A DNA stretch of 64,000 nucleotides from an uncultured Eubacteriales bacterium (GTDB lineage Bacteria > Bacillota > Clostridia > Lachnospirales > Lachnospiraceae). The stretch lies in contig CASFBR010000132.1 in assembly GCA_949292795.1 (NCBI GenBank), positions 21,875-85,874 on the forward strand. The letters run 5' to 3'. Of the stretch, positions 59,401 through 64,000 are shown in pieces (the stretch's first letter is position 1; each line of letters begins with the position of its first letter). Position numbers and translations under genes: made by a program. Below the pieces are notes generated by a model that was not told the origin of the DNA, made no database searches, and was given only the letters and a program-made list of their open reading frames with translations.

Positions 59401-60417
59401 TTATTCCTCCTTGCTTTCATCATGTTCGTTTGGGCGGGGGTAGTAATCATCCACGGTATACTTACGGGGCAAAACGTCATTGTCCGGCTTCGGGGACGTC
59501 CCGCGCGGCGGCGGATAGATACCGTCTGAAGCATCGGAACTATTTTGGGATGAACCCGAAAACAGATCGATATATCTGGGATTTGGGATCACACCAATAT
59601 GTATCTTTTTCTGGATATGATGGAGTACAAGATACAGCAATCCAAGACAGGCAGCGGCAATGAGCAGCGCAGTTATATAGGAGTCCAGCCGGATATTGCA
59701 AAGCTGCAATATAAGCGTGACAAGATTCGCTCCGATATGGCAGATCACCGGCGCGGCCAGTGTCTGATATTTTTCATAGACAAAGACCATTAAAATTCCC
59801 ATGACAAAACCGTAAACCCCCTGGATCAGATTGCCGTGATAAATGCCAAACAGCGCAGCCGATAAAACAAGCGCCAGATTCGCTTTCATATAATCTTTCA
59901 TGCGGTTATAAATGAGGCCGCGGAACATCACTTCTTCCACCACGGGCATCACAAAACCAACAGCAATAAACTGAAGGATCACCGGCTGGGAAAATACCGA
60001 TTCTGTGGCCTGCGAATAGCCTTCCGATACCTGCGAGACCGACGAGAGCGTGACAAGAATACTCGCCGAAAGGCAGCTTAAAATACCGGCAAGTGCACAG
60101 TAGATCAGCGTTCCTTTTTTCAGGGCGGCTCTGTCGGCGGTATACCTGCGCATTGTCATGTCACGGCGCAGCATCCGCCACAGCAACGGCAGTGCAGCCA
60201 GCCCGCTGATAAGATAAATTGGCACCGATGCTTCCAACGAAGCGGTCATCAGCTCGGTGATAAAGCTTTGTGTATCGGTGGTGGCCGGCATATGATCCAT
60301 TAACTGCCATGTAATGATCATGGAACCAATGAATGAGATAAGCATCACCACACAATAATAAACGATGATCGGCGACAAATAGCGCCAGACCTTTTTTCCT
60401 GGACGATCGTACTGCAA
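59401..60417 (-). CDS. CPBP/Abi (CAAX protease-like) intramembrane metalloprotease
   Basis: PVVEEVMFRG, FGIYH, HIGAN motifs; TTG start. Confidence 0.9.
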   Translation of the reverse strand: MQYDRPGKKVWRYLSPIIVYYCVVMLISFIGSMIITWQLMDHMPATTDTQSFITELMTASLEASVPIYLISGLAALPLLWRMLRRDMTMRRYTADRAALKKGTLIYCALAGILSCLSASILVTLSSVSQVSEGYSQATESVFSQPVILQFIAVGFVMPVVEEVMFRGLIYNRMKDYMKANLALVLSAALFGIYHGNLIQGVYGFVMGILMVFVYEKYQTLAAPVICHIGANLVTLILQLCNIRLDSYITALLIAAACLGLLYLVLHHIQKKIHIGVIPNPRYIDLFSGSSQNSSDASDGIYPPPRGTSPKPDNDVLPRKYTVDDYYPRPNEHDESKEE

Positions 60418-60615
60418 AATATTACTCCTTTACATTAAACTTGAAACTGCGTTGATTGCAGAAAACAATATTTCCGCAGATATAGCAGTATCTGTCTTAT
60501 TATAACCTCTCTTTTGTGTTTTTTCTATGTCTTTTCGGTATAAATTTAGAAAAAAGCACCGTAAAGCATCGACCGTCTTATATCGTCGGCCAAAGCTTTA
60601 CGGTGCCGGAAATGA

Positions 60616-61479
60616 TCAGCGCTTCCGCGGCTTTAGTGCGCCGCATGCACGCCAGAGTAATAACAGCATCAGCAGAAGCTGGAGCAGGATGCTGATGGCG
60701 ATCCAATGCTCGCTTAAAAACTGCGGTACGCCCAAAAATTCATGGAATACGATGCCCGCATCTGATGGATCAGCGAGCTGCTCCACGAGGATGGCCACTG
60801 TTGTCATGCCGGGATTAAAAAGCAGGATCAGCCCCAGGATACCGACAATGTCATGCGCGGAAAAGGTCGTTGAAACAGACCCCAAAAGCGCGCCGAGAAT
60901 GACGATGAGCACAGTGCCTGCGCAAATACCGAGGACACCGCCGTAGGCAACAACAGTGGATGACGTTGTTTTTTTGAGCCGCGCGGAGCTGGCGATACCG
61001 ATCATGCCAAAAAACACAGCGGCAAAAATCAGGTAAAGCATGATCTTAAAAACATCCGTCAGGGAAATTCCGCCGAAAATAAATACAATGGAAATGACCG
61101 GAATACTGGAGATAATCAGCAGCGCGATCATGCTTACAGCCGATAAAAGCTTTCCGGATACAATGCCAAACGGTGTCATTCGTGTTGTGAGCAATATGTC
61201 CAGTGTCTGCCGCTCTCTTTCCCCGGAAATCGTACTTGCCGTCAGCGCAGGCACGATAAATGCCAGCAGCACGCCTTCGATGGCAACCATCACGATATAA
61301 AGCATAATAACAGACGTATAATCCATGACGCCGGACCACCGCGCGCCTTCGAGAATGGTATAAAATACAAGCAGGCTGATAAAGGCGAGCACGCTGTTAT
61401 AGATCAGCATCACAATCGGCAGGCGGGCGCTGCGCACGCCAAGCTTTAATTCTTTTCGAAATACCGGATTAACCTGCAT
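60616..61479 (-). CDS. ABC-2 type transporter permease
   Basis: NPVFRKEL, TISGERERQTLDILLTT, GKL; multiple TM helices. Confidence 0.88.
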   Translation of the reverse strand: MQVNPVFRKELKLGVRSARLPIVMLIYNSVLAFISLLVFYTILEGARWSGVMDYTSVIMLYIVMVAIEGVLLAFIVPALTASTISGERERQTLDILLTTRMTPFGIVSGKLLSAVSMIALLIISSIPVISIVFIFGGISLTDVFKIMLYLIFAAVFFGMIGIASSARLKKTTSSTVVAYGGVLGICAGTVLIVILGALLGSVSTTFSAHDIVGILGLILLFNPGMTTVAILVEQLADPSDAGIVFHEFLGVPQFLSEHWIAISILLQLLLMLLLLWRACGALKPRKR

Positions 61480-62413
61480 AGAAAGTCCCCCCCCCATTGC
61501 TTTGCGTAATCTGCATGAACAGGGATTCCAAAGACCCCTGCTCACGGCCAAAGGCATATACCGGCAATCCGGCCAAGACCATATGTGCCAGCAGAGCCGC
61601 CTCGTCGTCACTGTTTCCCTTAAAATCCACACGGATCGTATGCTCTTTATAGGACAGCGTTTCCACAAGCGGCTGGGCCTTTAAAAAGGCGATGGCCTGC
61701 TCTGCCTGCCCGGTCATGGTAATGACAAGCGGATTTGATGTGGACATCACCGCCAGAATTTCATCTACTGCACCGGACAGCACAAGCTTTCCGGACTGAA
61801 TGACACCGATACTTGTACACATCTGCGCCAGCTCCGGCAAAATGTGGGAGCTGATGATGATTGTCTTTCCCATACCGGTCAGATTTTTTAAAATCTCTTT
61901 CATCTCGAACCTGGCACGGGGATCCAGTCCCGATGCCGGTTCATCCAGAATCAGCAGTGCCGGATCATGGATCAGGCAGCGGGCCAGACAGAGCCGCTGT
62001 TTCATTCCCCGGGAAAGATCATCCACATAAAGCTCCTGCTTATCCGACAGATTGACAAGCTCCAGAAGCTCCTGGCAAAGACTTCGGGCACGTTTGCCTG
62101 TAATCTTATAAGCCGACGCATAAAATTCCATATATTCCATCACCTTAAAGTGGTCATAGACACCGAAAAAATCCGGCATATATCCGATCTTTTCTTTTAA
62201 ATGGCGGATGTCATTAAGCGCGTCAATTCCGTCAATATGGACACTGCCCCGGTCGGCAGAAAGCAGGCCGGAAATAATGCGCATGGTCGTAGTCTTTCCG
62301 GCGCCGTTCGGGCCGACAAATCCGAATAGCTCTCCTTTTTTTATCGTCAGATTTAAACCGTCGAGGGCTGCAACGCTGCCATAATACTTATATAAATTTT
62401 CAATCTCAAGCAT
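61469..62413 (-). CDS. ABC transporter ATP-binding protein
   Basis: GPNGAGKTT, LSRGMKQRL, LILDEPASGLDP, SSH. Confidence 0.95.
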   Translation of the reverse strand: MLEIENLYKYYGSVAALDGLNLTIKKGELFGFVGPNGAGKTTTMRIISGLLSADRGSVHIDGIDALNDIRHLKEKIGYMPDFFGVYDHFKVMEYMEFYASAYKITGKRARSLCQELLELVNLSDKQELYVDDLSRGMKQRLCLARCLIHDPALLILDEPASGLDPRARFEMKEILKNLTGMGKTIIISSHILPELAQMCTSIGVIQSGKLVLSGAVDEILAVMSTSNPLVITMTGQAEQAIAFLKAQPLVETLSYKEHTIRVDFKGNSDDEAALLAHMVLAGLPVYAFGREQGSLESLFMQITQSNGGGTFYAG

Positions 62414-64000
62414 TAGTTTTCCCTCCCGGTGATACAAATGACAGGCAGTGCGGCAGATGAATAGGTTTCCTTATAAACCTTTTCAAGCTTTACATATATC
62501 CGCTCGTCTTGGACATACGGTTCTAATGCCGCGGCATTAAGTGTCATATTTCCATCTGTAAATACTTCATCGTATTCCCTTGTGTCCCAGTTATAAAAAT
62601 AGTAAAGCATCTGTTCGCCGCCTGGATATGCCATTGTCATTTCCACAGCTTCATCTGTCCGGACGGGCAGATGACAGTTTAAGACAAGCTCATCGCTGTA
62701 AAAACAGGCCTCTGTTCCGTTTAAATCACCGGATACAAGTGTGCTGTTATAAAACAGGTTCGGCAAAGAATAGCTTTCGCCTGTGACATAATCCACATCA
62801 ATGTCATCCCAGTACAGCGTATTGCCCGACGCCCTGAGGCCGCAGTTTTTAGCCAGTGAAACCGTATAATCGGGGACAAAAGCGCCAAAGGCATAGTAAG
62901 GCATGAGTGTGAAGGATGAATACCGCGCATTGACCAGATTATAAATATAACCGCTAAGCAGCCGCTGCTTTGCCGGAGCTTCACTAAAAAGACGGTCCGG
63001 AATCTCAGAGGCAGCGGACATCATAACCGGAGAGGCTTCCGAAATCGTATAGCTCTCCCCGTCATCTAAATGACCAATATAAAGGATGCATTGGTCAAGT
63101 ATCAAAAAAGCATCCTCCAGTGCATAGCCGGTATGGTTGGCGACGGTGCCTTCATAATGGCCATCCACATAGCTTATATCCGTTTCAACCTTTCCAAGCC
63201 CGCTGCTTTTGCGCATCGCTGAAAAATACCGGCTGCCAAAGGCGTTGATATTGCAGATGTCGATGCGTGTCTGATCGTCTTCAAGGATCAGGTTCATGCC
63301 ATAGCTGCTGCTGACTTTCGCCGGATCAGGGTTTATACTGTAAGAAGAATAATAATTCAGTGCCGGATGAACGCTGTATTCGCTGCCAACCGTAAAGTCA
63401 AAGCCCTTATTCTGCGGGGAAGTTACACTAAAATATGTCTGTTCGCGGCCGTCTATACCGTCCGAATGAATGACTGTACTATAATTTAAATAGGGGCCAT
63501 TTTGGATCGATGACCTTCCGAGCAGGAAAAGGATGAGTGTAAACAGGCAGGCCAGCACAGGTACTGTGAACCACAGCCATTGCCGCCGGTCCTTTTTCTT
63601 TAAGATCAGATAAGCGGCCGGGGACACAAGGATAATATATACGACAATAATACCGATAAACAAACCAATTTTGGGAAGCTGTCCCTCAATATAGTTTGTG
63701 AGCATATCCGCCACATAATAGTTTTTTGTGTAGGTGGCATTCATCTGTCCCTGAAGCGACACATCGGTCAGTGTTGTAAAAATATTCTGGACAGCCTGCA
63801 TCGGATAATCCCAGCTAAGAAACGACGGGTCTGCCAGATCAAATGATAAAACGATGACTCTCCCGCGGCCCCTTAAAAGCTCCTGGCTAAGAAACTGCGG
63901 ATAGGCTGTGCCGTCATTAAAATCCAGGGAAACAGTCTGAAGCCTGACGGCCCCGACATCGGAAAGCACCTCGGATATAAAGGAAACCTCCTCATAATCC
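62413..64000 (-). CDS. Large membrane/extracellular ABC accessory protein, 5'-truncated by the window edge
   Basis: Frame open to the window end; central TM pair VYIILVSPAAYLILKKKDRRQWLWFTVP; stop overlaps the ATPase start. Confidence 0.75.
   Translation of the reverse strand, partial: DYEEVSFISEVLSDVGAVRLQTVSLDFNDGTAYPQFLSQELLRGRGRVIVLSFDLADPSFLSWDYPMQAVQNIFTTLTDVSLQGQMNATYTKNYYVADMLTNYIEGQLPKIGLFIGIIVVYIILVSPAAYLILKKKDRRQWLWFTVPVLACLFTLILFLLGRSSIQNGPYLNYSTVIHSDGIDGREQTYFSVTSPQNKGFDFTVGSEYSVHPALNYYSSYSINPDPAKVSSSYGMNLILEDDQTRIDICNINAFGSRYFSAMRKSSGLGKVETDISYVDGHYEGTVANHTGYALEDAFLILDQCILYIGHLDDGESYTISEASPVMMSAASEIPDRLFSEAPAKQRLLSGYIYNLVNARYSSFTLMPYYAFGAFVPDYTVSLAKNCGLRASGNTLYWDDIDVDYVTGESYSLPNLFYNSTLVSGDLNGTEACFYSDELVLNCHLPVRTDEAVEMTMAYPGGEQMLYYFYNWDTREYDEVFTDGNMTLNAAALEPYVQDERIYVKLEKVYKETYSSAALPVICITGREN

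Noticed and set aside
94-62984. Numerous 60-210 aa ORFs overlapping or antisense to the annotated genes (for example 3529-3990, 19224-19865, 51565-52146)
   Set aside because: Shadow frames of well-supported genes with no RBS or domain signatures
1-64000. CRISPR array, integrase, transposase or prophage genes
   Set aside because: No regularly spaced repeat-spacer array and no recombinase, transposase or phage motifs in any ORF

Overview
A 64 kb chromosomal segment from a Clostridia-type (most likely Lachnospiraceae-like, by inference) bacterium, with most genes on the minus strand. It is mainly housekeeping: rplU-prp-rpmA-obgE-yhbY, rSAM/DUF2344/RNase G, glgCD, polA-coaE, gap-pgk-tpiA-gpmI-secG-rnr-smpB-ssrA, Rrf2-iscS-iscU-mnmA, ligA, ppk2 and recA-recX-rny, plus three tRNAs and tmRNA. 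No integrase, transposase, phage gene or CRISPR array was seen. The best candidate for an undescribed system is a LacI-controlled operon (2963-10567). It encodes a FucI-fold isomerase, split transketolase A/B, a GlpK-like FGGY kinase and a cytoplasmic DUF4038 apiosidase-like hydrolase, and it matches the logic of the apulose-4-phosphate transketolase route for the branched sugar D-apiose. It lies within a block of about 10.6 kb between rng and rplU. Other notable items are an AraC regulator fused to an apparently inactive GH39-like domain inside the glycolytic cluster, a DUF3783-alcohol dehydrogenase fusion, dispersed palindromic REP-like intergenic elements, and a structured leader ending in a terminator just before the RBS of a pseudouridine synthase. 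Family assignments come from motif recognition only; no database searches were run.
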